A program made the position numbers and the translations under genes. From Paludibacteraceae bacterium (GTDB lineage: Bacteria; Bacteroidota; Bacteroidia; Bacteroidales; Paludibacteraceae): 41,982 nt of DNA. How positions within the stretch are numbered: the first letter of the stretch is position 1; each line of letters opens with the position of its first letter. The notes beneath the pieces are model-generated. The model did not search any database and had not been told where the DNA came from. It was given only the letters and a program-made list of their open reading frames with translations. Positions 8,558 to 18,200 of this stretch are shown here, in pieces. The DNA is taken from positions 1-41,982 of the forward strand of contig CAJGDW010000001.1 in NCBI GenBank assembly GCA_904502115.1, written 5' to 3'.

Positions 8558-9590
8558 CGCAAAGCATCTTTTTACGCTTACAAAACAAGAAATTGCCCAC
8601 TTGAGTGGACTTTCTTCTGCTGCTATTTCTTCCATTACAAATCAATATTCTGCGGTTCTTAAAAAAGCCGAAAAAGAGATTTTACTTTGCCAAGAAAAAA
8701 ACATTACTCCCCTATTTTATACCGATGCAGCTTTTCCCAAACGCCTGCATGAATGCATAGATGCGCCTCTTTTTTTATTTAGCAAAGGACACGTAGATTT
8801 TAATAACGCTAAATTTGTGTCGATAGTAGGCACTCGACAAGCTACCAATTATGGCAAAGAACAGTGTTTGCAATTGGTAACCGATTTAGCAAAAACTATT
8901 CCTAATTTGGTAATAGTAAGTGGGTTAGCATACGGTATTGATATTGCAGCACACAAAGCGGCTTTGCAATGCAATGTTCCTACCATTGGTGTGATGGCCA
9001 GTGGTTTTCATCGCATTTATCCTACGGCTCATATTCCCATTGCTATGGAAATGCTGCAGCAAGGAGGCATTATTACCGAACAACTTTACTATGACGAAGC
9101 CTTAAAACCAAATTTTATAAAACGAAACAGGATTATAGCCGGAATGTGCGATGCATTGGTGGTGGTAGAAAGCGCTGCAAAAGGCGGTGCATTGGTAACT
9201 GCCAGTATTGCGGGTACCTATAACAAAGATGTTTTTGTTTTTCCTGGCAGGTGCAACGATACGGTTTCGGCAGGATGCAATGCTCTCATTAAGCACAATA
9301 AAGCGGCTTTAATAGAAAATGCAGCCGATTTAATGTATTATATGGGTTGGGATAGCCAAGCAACACGTCCCTCTTCTACTCCAAGTGCCCAATTGCCTGC
9401 TTTTTTTCAAGAACTGAACCCTATCGACCAAAAAATAGTGTCGTGTATTTTTGAAGAAAAAATCCTACACATCGATGATTTATCGAATAAAACACAAATA
9501 CAGGTAGAAGATTTATTGCCGATGTTGTTGTTATTAGAATTTCAGAATATAGTAGTATGTTTACCTGGCAATCGGTATAAACTAAAATAA
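8463..9590 (+). CDS. dprA: DNA processing protein DprA/Smf (375 aa; alternative start 8481)
   Basis: LALTLLKGVGPVNAKNLV N-terminal SAM-like module, Rossmann core IVSGLAYGIDIAAHKAAL, GGALVTA, C-terminal winged-helix-like tail. Confidence 0.9.
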   Translation: MYENEKMYQLALTLLKGVGPVNAKNLVNCLGNAKHLFTLTKQEIAHLSGLSSAAISSITNQYSAVLKKAEKEILLCQEKNITPLFYTDAAFPKRLHECIDAPLFLFSKGHVDFNNAKFVSIVGTRQATNYGKEQCLQLVTDLAKTIPNLVIVSGLAYGIDIAAHKAALQCNVPTIGVMASGFHRIYPTAHIPIAMEMLQQGGIITEQLYYDEALKPNFIKRNRIIAGMCDALVVVESAAKGGALVTASIAGTYNKDVFVFPGRCNDTVSAGCNALIKHNKAALIENAADLMYYMGWDSQATRPSSTPSAQLPAFFQELNPIDQKIVSCIFEEKILHIDDLSNKTQIQVEDLLPMLLLLEFQNIVVCLPGNRYKLK

Positions 9591-9974
9591 TAGACCCTAT
9601 AAAAAAACAAAAGGTAGTCACGCCTGACCACCTATTTGCTAACCTTAAAATCAAATACTATGAAAAAATCACAATGCAAATGTAGATGATTTTTATTGAC
9701 CAACAAGGACTTGAAAAATAATTTCACCAAAAAGCAATCAAATAGGGTTCTTTTATTACAATCGGTTTACAATGTTGTTAATAAGCTATTACAAACCGTT
9801 CAAAACTTTGTTCATAACTTGTCGGAAATAAGGAAAAAATAAATTTGGATTTTTGATAATTGGTATTGCATGTATCTTTTCTTTTTACTTCCAAATAAAT
9901 TTGTTATTTCTTACACCAAAAAAATAAACACGCTTATTAACGCATTTTTTATGGTTAGCAGTAAAAAGTTTCTT

Positions 9975-9982
9975 ACATTTGC
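9975..9982 (+). promoter_or_regulatory. Candidate -7 promoter box TACATTTG about 205 nt upstream of nadA; further matches TAAATTTG at 9840-9847 and 9896-9903
   Basis: Matches TAnnTTTG. There is no such box closer to the nadA ATG. Confidence 0.35.
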
Positions 9983-9983
9983 A

Positions 9984-10006
9984 GTTATAAACACTGTGTT
10001 AATAAC
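9984..10006. promoter_or_regulatory. Candidate operator: 11-bp inverted repeat GTTATAAACAC-t-GTGTTAATAAC (10/11 complementary), immediately downstream of the -7 box
   Basis: Read directly. Shares the GTTnATAAC word with copies at 10041-10049, 10052-10060, 10073-10081 and, inverted, 10109-10116. Confidence 0.4.
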
Positions 10007-10186
10007 TAATACAACCTACAAATTATAAGGAAGTTAGTATGTTAATAACTGGTTGATAACCTTTATTTTTTTGATAATAACGTAAAAAGCAAATAAACAG
10101 CACTTTTTTTATCAACTAATTAACAACACCTTATTCTTCCTTTTTAATTTCTTTTTTTAATGTTTTTAATTTAAATAAAAAATAAA

Positions 10187-11104
10187 ATGGATTGGGTTAA
10201 AAAGATAGCAGAGTTAAAGAAGCAAAAGAATGCCATCATTATGGCGCACTATTACCAAGATGCAGCCATACAAGATATAGCCGATTATGTAGGCGATAGT
10301 TTGGCGTTGGCACAATGGGCTGCAAAAACCGATGCAGATATCATTGTGATGTGTGGTGTGCATTTTATGGGAGAAACGGCAAAAATTTTATCGCCCAGTA
10401 AAAAGGTATTGGTACCCGATACAGCAGCTGGTTGTTCGTTGGCCGATAGTTGTCCAGCCGATGAATTTGCATCGTTTATCAAACAACATCCTAACCATAC
10501 CGTTATATCGTATGTAAATACCACAGCAGCTGTCAAAGCATTAACCGATGTGGTGGTAACATCGACCAATGCAAAAGCCATTGTAGATACTTTCCCAAAA
10601 GATGCACCCATCATTTTTGGTCCAGACTATAATTTAGGTAACTATATCAATAGTGTAACCGGCAGAAAAATGGTATTGTGGAAAGGTGCTTGCCATGTTC
10701 ACGAAAAATTTACGGTTGATAGAATTAAAGCATTAAAAGAACAATATCCAGATGCACCAGTATTAACCCACCCAGAGTGCAAGCAAGAAATAGTAGAAAT
10801 TTCCGATTATGTAGGATCTACTCAAGCTATTTTGAATTATGCAGGTAAATCGGATGCTTCTACCTTTATTGTCGTAACAGAAAGCGGTATTTTGCACAAA
10901 ATGAGGCAAGCATATCCTACCAAAACCTTTATTGCGCCATCGGTAGAAGGTGCAGCTTGCAATGAGTGCAATTACATGCGCTTGAATACCCTAGAAAAAG
11001 TATACAATTGCTTGTTAAACGAATCGCCTCAAATTATTATAGACGAAGAATTGGCACAAAAAGCGGTTAAACCCATTGTGCGCATGTTGGATTTGTCTAA
11101 ATAG
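10187..11104 (+). CDS. nadA: Quinolinate synthase NadA (305 aa)
   Basis: AIIMAHYYQ, VHFMGETAKIL and CNECNYM Fe-S ligand context; typical length. Confidence 0.93.
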   Translation: MDWVKKIAELKKQKNAIIMAHYYQDAAIQDIADYVGDSLALAQWAAKTDADIIVMCGVHFMGETAKILSPSKKVLVPDTAAGCSLADSCPADEFASFIKQHPNHTVISYVNTTAAVKALTDVVVTSTNAKAIVDTFPKDAPIIFGPDYNLGNYINSVTGRKMVLWKGACHVHEKFTVDRIKALKEQYPDAPVLTHPECKQEIVEISDYVGSTQAILNYAGKSDASTFIVVTESGILHKMRQAYPTKTFIAPSVEGAACNECNYMRLNTLEKVYNCLLNESPQIIIDEELAQKAVKPIVRMLDLSK

Positions 11105-13009
11105 TTACCACTTGTACTGCAATAAAAAATGCAGATAGGTTTGGTAGGGTCCTTCTATGGTTTCATTTCCCGATCCGATGCTGTTTTGATTCCAGTACCA
11201 GGTATGCGAAAATTTTAGGTACAATCCCCATCCTTTATAAGGTTTATACCCTATATTGAGGTAGGTTTTTACTCCTTTACCATAATAAGCCGTGTTCGAA
11301 AATGCATACAAAACATCGTTTTCGTACACGGTTATTTTGTTGTCATAATCGGGAACATCAAAAAATGCCAATCGTCCTATAACAGATAAGCAATTGTTTT
11401 TCCATCCGATATCCTGAAAAACTACATTTCCAAGGCATAAATCGGTAGTATTATATTGAAAAAAATGCGCTATCCAACCCGATTTTACTACACATCCGTT
11501 ATTAAAAGTACCTTGGTATAGCATTTGCAATTGATTTTTAGTGTATCGATGCGTAGGCAAAATGCTTTCGTTGCTATTAGAAGCATTTCTTTCGCCCAAT
11601 GTCCATTTCCATTTTGCCAATAATTGTTGGTTTTGATTCGGTGTATAAGCCAATGATAAATGCGTTTTGTAATGTATGGCTGGTTTACTTACCCGATAGA
11701 CTTGTTGCAAGGATTGATACACATCGGCACAGGCATTTAGTTTTATTTTGCTACTTATTTGCCATTCTAAACCGCTAAAAACACCCATTTCTCCGTTTTT
11801 ATAGCTACTTTCTATGCTATTATAACCCGATGCATTGTTGTATCCATTATCGTAATAGCGAATTTGCAATGCATACAACAAACTGCTGTGTAATTGCACC
11901 TGCATGTTTTGTAATGTGGCTATTTTGCCTAGATGATTGACGGCAATTTCGCCCGAAAACTGAAAATTTTTATAGTACGTTCTATAATCCAATCCCATAA
12001 ATGCCAGGTGGGTAAACGCATCGTATATACAGGTAGTTCCTATTTTAAAATGAGGGTATCGAGCATGAATGTTAGCCCCAACTAACCATTGATAGCCACT
12101 TTTTTTCTTTTCCCAATCGGACAAAGTTCGATGAATACCATTGGCTAAATCGGTATAATTAATGGATCCAAATGCCGTAAACTGCCAATGTTTGGTTTGT
12201 AAAGACAATCCTGTTCCCCGTAAATAATAGGTTTCTGATCCTTTCTTTTTGCCTGTTAATTTGTCTTGTCGTTTTACCATCGAACTTAAATTAGACCAGT
12301 TTCCAAATGAATTTCCATTTCCCATTACCAACCCTTGCCCAAATTGAGCATTGTAATCGCCAATTACCAAGTTTTTTAGTACACCTATATTTTTCCACTG
12401 CAAATGACCACCGTAAAAATCAAATCCAATGTTATAGGGTGGAGTAAAGGGTTCGCCAGCATCCTGTTCTAAGGTGGCACTTAACGAAAATTGTTCTTGA
12501 TTTAGTTGGTAATTGATGTAACCTGCCCAAGGTAGACCCAAATAATTTCCATTTAGATACCCTCTTTTTTCTTGTATTGTATAATCCAATCGGGTAGTGA
12601 TTTGCTGTTTGGCATATTGAAAACTGTTTTTAAACGAAAAAGGAGTGCGTTGTTGGCAGGGTTGTGCAATGACAAAAGGCATAAGTAGGGACAATGTTTG
12701 TTCGTCAAATCCTTCTATTAGGCTAAGTTCGTATGGAGTCGCAAAAAAATCCCTATCGTGGCGGTATTCCAATAAATTTTCTATTTGTCTTTCGGACAGA
12801 AAAGGAAATTGTTCCAATGTTTCGCGGGTTACATCATTTAAATTGATGGGATGCTCCAGTTTATCTTGTAACAAGAAAACAATGTTTTCTGCTAGTTCGT
12901 TATTATCAGTATAAGAAACCAACCATGTTTCGACGGCCGATGGTAGGGTAGTAGCCATAACAAACCCACTTAAAAACCATCCTACAATGAAAATAATTAC
13001 TCGTTCCAT
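11105..13009 (-). CDS. Predicted outer-membrane protein: N-terminal ComEA-type helix-hairpin-helix domain fused to a large beta-barrel (634 aa from the ATG at 13009)
   Basis: INLNDVTRETLEQFPFLSERQIENLLEYRHDRDFFATPYELSLIEGFDEQTLSLLMPFV matches the HHH_3/ComEA pattern. The remaining ~500 aa are alternating aromatic/glycine-rich strands ending in LQYKW (aromatic C-terminus). The tracked start at 13129 runs 133 nt into the upstream gene. The ATG at 13009 gives a hydrophobic leader and a 13-nt overlap. Confidence 0.7.
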   Translation of the reverse strand: MERVIIFIVGWFLSGFVMATTLPSAVETWLVSYTDNNELAENIVFLLQDKLEHPINLNDVTRETLEQFPFLSERQIENLLEYRHDRDFFATPYELSLIEGFDEQTLSLLMPFVIAQPCQQRTPFSFKNSFQYAKQQITTRLDYTIQEKRGYLNGNYLGLPWAGYINYQLNQEQFSLSATLEQDAGEPFTPPYNIGFDFYGGHLQWKNIGVLKNLVIGDYNAQFGQGLVMGNGNSFGNWSNLSSMVKRQDKLTGKKKGSETYYLRGTGLSLQTKHWQFTAFGSINYTDLANGIHRTLSDWEKKKSGYQWLVGANIHARYPHFKIGTTCIYDAFTHLAFMGLDYRTYYKNFQFSGEIAVNHLGKIATLQNMQVQLHSSLLYALQIRYYDNGYNNASGYNSIESSYKNGEMGVFSGLEWQISSKIKLNACADVYQSLQQVYRVSKPAIHYKTHLSLAYTPNQNQQLLAKWKWTLGERNASNSNESILPTHRYTKNQLQMLYQGTFNNGCVVKSGWIAHFFQYNTTDLCLGNVVFQDIGWKNNCLSVIGRLAFFDVPDYDNKITVYENDVLYAFSNTAYYGKGVKTYLNIGYKPYKGWGLYLKFSHTWYWNQNSIGSGNETIEGPYQTYLHFLLQYKW

Positions 13010-13830
13010 TGGTAAATGAGTCCAATAGCAGTATTCAAACCAGTAGAAAAATGGTATTGAACACCCACATCCAAACAAAAACGATGAAAGGTGAATCCTA
13101 TGCCCAACGATGGGGTAAGGTCTTCGCAAATGTACAGTCCAGTACGAATAGCTAGTAATTTGATCACTTGGTAATCGATGCCTACACTGTAAGCAAAAGG
13201 TTGGTCGATGGCTTTGTGTACCTCGGCTGTAAGCAATACTTTTTGAGCAATATGGTACCCCATGCCCAAACGAAAAATTACTGGCAGACGTATGTTTGCT
13301 GTTTCGGTAGTAAAGGCAGAAAAACTAACGTTGCATACCGAAAATCCTACCCGCATGTTTTTAAAAGGAAATACTTGCATGCCTAAACTTACGCACCCGC
13401 TGTGCAGGTATCCTTCTTTGGGCGATTGATACAATCCGTTGTATTCTGCTTGCAGGGCAATGGCTATGTAGGGTTTAAAAAAGTGCCCAAACGATGCCTG
13501 AACCGAAAACTCGTTATAAGCACCAAATCCATGAAAAAAACCTTTTATACCTACATTAACGTATTTATTGGAATAAACCATGGCGATGTTGTACAGTCCA
13601 AGTTGAGGCAGTGTGGCTTTGTTTTGTGCATATACTTGCAGTGATGAGGCAGTATGCAATGCCATAGAAGCGATATCCGTTCCTAAATAGGGCGATGAAA
13701 TACACGTAGTGGCATTTCCCATAGCCATAGAAATGGGATGATGATCGTGTCCATATTGCATGGCAAAGATGGGCGATAAGTAAAAAAAATAAATTATTTT
13801 TGTAAGGATGATAAGTGCAAAACGTTTCAT
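12997..13830 (-). CDS. Predicted outer-membrane beta-barrel protein (277 aa), possibly in the PorQ/PorV-like superfamily
   Basis: Signal peptide MKRFALIILTKIIYFFYLSPIFA, alternating beta-strand pattern, C-terminal GLIYQWNE. The family assignment is only a resemblance (SMAMGNA...). Confidence 0.6.
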   Translation of the reverse strand: MKRFALIILTKIIYFFYLSPIFAMQYGHDHHPISMAMGNATTCISSPYLGTDIASMALHTASSLQVYAQNKATLPQLGLYNIAMVYSNKYVNVGIKGFFHGFGAYNEFSVQASFGHFFKPYIAIALQAEYNGLYQSPKEGYLHSGCVSLGMQVFPFKNMRVGFSVCNVSFSAFTTETANIRLPVIFRLGMGYHIAQKVLLTAEVHKAIDQPFAYSVGIDYQVIKLLAIRTGLYICEDLTPSLGIGFTFHRFCLDVGVQYHFSTGLNTAIGLIYQWNE

Positions 13831-14419
13831 ACTATTTTTGGTGCTAAGCTCAATGAGTTTAGTGGTTTGGTCGTCGCCTTATTACAGCGAGCAATTGCAA
13901 GGGTATTTGTTGCCAGCAGTCACGTACAATGGCGATACAATTCCTCATATTAGGTTGAGAGAATTTCCTGTTTTTCCAAAACCGAAGTTTAAGGATAAAA
14001 AGACAGAAAAATTTTATTGGAGAACTGTTCGCGATGTCAAAAAAGTTTATCCCTACGTTAAGTTTGTGGGTGAGGAGTACCGCAGAATAGATGCTATGTG
14101 CGATACCATATCCGATAAAAAAGAAAAAAAGCGTTACTTAAAAAAGTACGAAAAGGAGCTTTTAAAAAAGTACAAACCCATCATGAAAACCTTTACTCTT
14201 TCGCAAGGAAAAATGATGATTAAACTTATTGATAGGGAATGCGAAAAAAGTTCATACGATCTAATTAAAGAATTTAGGGGCGGTTTTGTGGCCTGGTGGT
14301 GGCAAGTGTTTGCTAAAATGTTAGGAGCTGACTTAAAAGACGATTACGACATATCCGAAAAAGAACAAGATAAAATAATAGAACGCGTTATTCTATTGTA
14401 TGAAGCAGGGGCCTTGTAA
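13808..14419 (+). CDS. DUF4294 family secreted protein (203 aa)
   Basis: Signal peptide MISAKRFILFLVLSSMSLVVWS. Conserved DUF4294 blocks VRDVKKVYPYVK and TLSQGKMMIKLIDRECEKSSYDLIKEFRGGFVAWWWQVFAKMLGADLKDDYD. -7 box TATTTTTG at 13795-13802, 6 nt before the ATG, suggests a leaderless mRNA. Confidence 0.8.
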   Translation: MISAKRFILFLVLSSMSLVVWSSPYYSEQLQGYLLPAVTYNGDTIPHIRLREFPVFPKPKFKDKKTEKFYWRTVRDVKKVYPYVKFVGEEYRRIDAMCDTISDKKEKKRYLKKYEKELLKKYKPIMKTFTLSQGKMMIKLIDRECEKSSYDLIKEFRGGFVAWWWQVFAKMLGADLKDDYDISEKEQDKIIERVILLYEAGAL

Positions 14420-14436
14420 AGCCCCTGCCTTTTTTT
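14405..14436. terminator. Intrinsic terminator GCAGGGGC-(8 nt)-GCCCCTGC followed by CTTTTTTT
   Basis: 8-bp GC stem containing the DUF4294 stop codon in its loop, then a T-run. The stop of the convergent lipoprotein gene lies in the T-run. Confidence 0.8.
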
Positions 14437-15253
14437 ACTCTACTTCTAATTGTGTGGTGCTCCATTTACTCCATAAACCCAAGGCATCTTTTGCGCGAAC
14501 ACTTACGCTGTAAGTGCCAGGCGCTTGAAAAATGTGGTAAACCGAATAAATAGGACTTCCTACAATGTAAGTTCCCCCTTTGGCAGCCCTTCCGGCATTG
14601 GCATTGGGTACGTACGGATTAAAATCGTCGGTTTCGTAGCCCATTTCGTTAAATACCAATTCGCTCCCATCTTGTGAACCAATCAAAAATTCGTAGGCAA
14701 CCACACTGTCGTTTTCTGGGTCGATGGTACGGCTAGCATCAATGCGGTACTCCCTATTTTCTTTTTGTGTAATGCTGAACGATGGAGTAGGAGGTTGATT
14801 GGCACTTACACTTACCTTGATCCATGCACTTCCCTGGGTTTGGTAATAATCTTCCAGGCCTACTTGAATGGTAGCTTTGGTAATAGTATCGGTCAATGTG
14901 GTAGTAGGAAGCAAACTTTCAATTAAAATTTTATTGGTGTTGGCCACCTTTCTGGCGTTCAAGGCGTGTAATTTTCCCTCGTGTGTGATAATGCCAAAAA
15001 GCAAAGAGTCTTTTACTTGGTAATCGTCGTTGTATTGGTAATACAGCGTGCGTTTTTCACCGTATCGCATGTTTACGTAAAAGGTATCATTTGCCAAATC
15101 CATGTGTTCGTTATCCGCCAATAAAATAATGGGTGCGGCATTGTTGTCTTTGAATACATCGCTTCGGTTTTCGCAGGCACATAAAAGCAATAAACAGCCT
15201 GTCAGTATGCTAAAAAGTAGTTTTTTCATAAGAATGGTTTTTATTGTTTGCAA
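14435..15253 (-). CDS. Lipoprotein with a C-terminal PKD-like beta-sandwich domain (272 aa; likely true start is the ATG at 15229, MKKLLFSILTGCLLLLCAC)
   Basis: Lipobox LLLCAC. The C-terminus (NQPPTPSFSI...RIDASRTIDPENDSVVAYEF...HIFQAPGTYSVSVRAKDALGLWSKW) follows the PKD domain pattern. Confidence 0.75.
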   Translation of the reverse strand: MQTIKTILMKKLLFSILTGCLLLLCACENRSDVFKDNNAAPIILLADNEHMDLANDTFYVNMRYGEKRTLYYQYNDDYQVKDSLLFGIITHEGKLHALNARKVANTNKILIESLLPTTTLTDTITKATIQVGLEDYYQTQGSAWIKVSVSANQPPTPSFSITQKENREYRIDASRTIDPENDSVVAYEFLIGSQDGSELVFNEMGYETDDFNPYVPNANAGRAAKGGTYIVGSPIYSVYHIFQAPGTYSVSVRAKDALGLWSKWSTTQLEVE

Positions 15254-18200
15254 ATTTTGTAGTTTTTACCGTCCACTTGTAAAAGGTAAAATCCTTGTTC
15301 TAAATGGTGCAATGGTAATTCGTAATTACCACTAACTGTAGTGGGTGCTATCAGGGTTTGACCCATTATATTGTACAAAGCAATGGAGTAGGTTGGTTTG
15401 TTGGTATGAATGAAAAGCGTATATCCATTTTGTGCATTCAATAGGGTAGGACTCACTTCTTGTATCCACAAATGGCCCATTGGGTAGCTGTCTTCGGTTT
15501 CAAAGTATGATTGCATGTTTCTGCCTTCTGCACCTTCTACAAAAATATTTTCGGCCAATACTGTTTCGTTGCACCCATTTTTAGAGGTAGTAGTTAGCTT
15601 AATTTTGTGTTGTCCCAAGTTGTACAAATAGCAGGCAGGATGAACCAAATTAGAGGTAGTTCCTTCTACGGTTCGCCCATCGCCCATGTAGTTTTCTTGT
15701 AGTTGCAATACCCATTGGTTCAGGTGTTCTTCTGCATTGACCGTTTGGTTAATGAGTTGAATTTTACTACCAGGTGGTACCACTAGTTTGGTTTTCAAAT
15801 CGTATTCGTAATTGTTGTACACAATAGAAAATCCGGTATTAAAAGCATCGATGCTGATAGGAATCGTAACGGTATTGCTGCGTACACCTGTTTTTGTGTC
15901 GTAACGGTACACACTAAGGGTAAAATCGGTTGTTGCCTTGTTAATGATGCATTTGTTATCGGTGTTGCTGTATTGGGTACTGATGGTAGAGAGTACCAAC
16001 GATGGGTCGGATGCACTCCAAATGTATCGGGTATTTTTATTGATGAGTTCGTCGGGTTCGTTCACCACAACGCTTACTTTTTCGTTGGGGCATTCGGCAT
16101 TGAAAACCTGTATATTTTCTTCGCTCAGTAGTGCCGAACTCAGCATCCACAAACTATTCGATACCGATACAATTTGGCTGGCCTCGTCGTTGTTTTTGCG
16201 CGAGAACACAAAACGAGCAATTTCCCAATTTTCTTGCAAGTCTTTTAGGGTTTCGTCGGGCAACGAAACATATTTAGTGCTCGAGTTTATTTTTTTGGTA
16301 CCACTATCGGTTACTTGCGCATAGTACCTAGAGTTGATAACAATGGGTTCCCATTCATCGTTGCTAGATTTGCGCATCCATTGGTAGGTAAAACTGATTC
16401 CTTCTGCCTGATTTACTTCGCCATAACCACCCAATACAGGATACGATCCAACAACATAAGGGTTACTATCGCCCGATGGAACAAAAACCGTATCCGATGC
16501 CGTATGCTTAAATTCAATGCGATTGCCAGTAATGGCAGGTACGTATTTTAGTTCAATTTTAATGCTATCCGAGACACATCCAAAGGCATTTGTTTTGCGG
16601 ATGTAAAACGACGGATTGGGTCTTTCGTTGTGGTAAGTAAGTTGGGTAGTTCCTTCTATGTTCTGCATAAAAGGCAACCATTGGTTTTGCTGAATAGAGT
16701 CTTGCACCACCCATTGTTCTTGTTGCTGATTGTGCCAATCTTGTCGGAGCGCGCCGTATTCTTTGATTTGCTTGTGGGTAGCATCGTCCAGGCTAAATCC
16801 AGTATCGCCTTCAAAATCCCACCCTTCTTGTAAAATAATCTGGTAGCACTCGTTTCTACTCAATGCATTCCAATCGTACTGCAGTAAACGCGGTTGTTTT
16901 TTAGCCACTACGGCTCTGTATTCGTACGCATCGCCTACCTGATTGTTTTGAATGGTAATGCTGGGTGACGAATTTTCTAGGCACATCAATTGCAAGTACC
17001 CATTGATGCTATCTGCTTTGGCAATGGCAGCAGTCGATTTGATTTGCTGCATCAAAATATTGTCTTTGGGCAATCGATGAATGGTAAAACTTTTGCTCAA
17101 ACTATCGTTGCACAAGGCGATGACGCATTGGTAAGTAACACTGTCTTGTGGTAAAGCTGGAATGTAGTAATGGTTTTGTGCTGCCACCAATTTTTTACTA
17201 CCATCGGCTTGGAGTTGGTAAACGCGGTAGTGGGCATTGTTGCGTAGTAGTGTCGCTTCGTTGTTCGATAAATTATTGCTACCAACAATGTCAAAACGAA
17301 TGTTTCTTTCCGTTAGTGGTTCGTTGTTGCACAAGTAAGTATCTTCTGGCCAATTGTAATGGGTAAATCCAAAATTTTGTGCCAAAGGTTTGCTCAAGGC
17401 TCGGTACGTATAATAATCGTGCGATACAACACTGATGTAGTAGTAGGTTTTTCCGTTGATTTCGATGGGATAATTGTACAGGTCGCTTTCTTCTGTCGAT
17501 GCGAATGCTTTTAGCACGCACAATTGGCGAAAATAGAGGGGTTTCCCATTGCTCAAAATAGACGATTTGAGTAATATATCCTTGCTATCTACCACTATTT
17601 GACTGTTGACATCAAAATTGTTAATGCGGTTAATGTCGTTATCGGCAATGTTTTTCCATGTAACAGCATTGGTTGATACTTGCCAAATGTAGTGAGGGCA
17701 GTAAATAGTAGGCGATGTGTTGTTACATACAATCGATTTTCCTACCAAATGAATGATGTTTGCGGTATCGTTCGTAGCACAAATGCGTACTTCTGCTTGT
17801 TCGTCAGCACTTAATGTAGGGAAACTAACCTGAGGAACTAACTTGAACATTAAGCAATTTTCGCCCAAATACAAAAAGGGATAATTTTCTTTTTTACTTG
17901 CATACGTGCTGATAACTTCCGATGCTGGTCCATAAAAAGTACATCCCATAGCATTAGTAACATCGTGCACAGCATTATAGGTGTAATGCATTTTGTTCCA
18001 CACCTTAAACACCAAGTGATCATCTAGGTTACCAGATGGCAGTTTGGCTTGCCACAAATCGCGTACGTGGTAAGTTCTACTAAACCATCTACCACCCATC
18101 TTTTCAAAATCACTGAGTTTGCTAATGGCATTTTCGTTAAAAAGTGTGCCTTGTTGGTTAATGGTTTGCAATAGAATAGGTCGCATGCGAGTAATACCAT

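Noticed and set aside
9870-10028. A 52-codon ORF (MYLFFLLPNKFVISYTKKINTLINAFFMVSSKKFLTFAVINTVLITNTTYKL) in the AT-rich spacer, and a 9-codon ORF at 9660
   Set aside because: Its composition simply mirrors AT-rich DNA (F/L/K/N/I/T). There is no conserved motif and no supporting start context. It cannot be told apart from chance without conservation or ribosome profiling data.
9591-10186. oriC candidate, considered because the region is AT-rich, long, non-coding and within 9 kb of parS and mnmG
   Set aside because: I could not find a single good DnaA box (TTATNCACA / TGTGNATAA). The recurring word is GTTnATAAC, which differs at the critical CACA core. It stays a remote alternative that needs GC-skew and DnaA-box scans of the full genome.
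9983-10186. NAD-sensing riboswitch in the putative nadA leader
   Set aside because: The known nadA-motif (NAD+-I) riboswitch is GC-structured and described in other phyla. This leader is extremely AT-rich, and I can see no convincing conserved stems.
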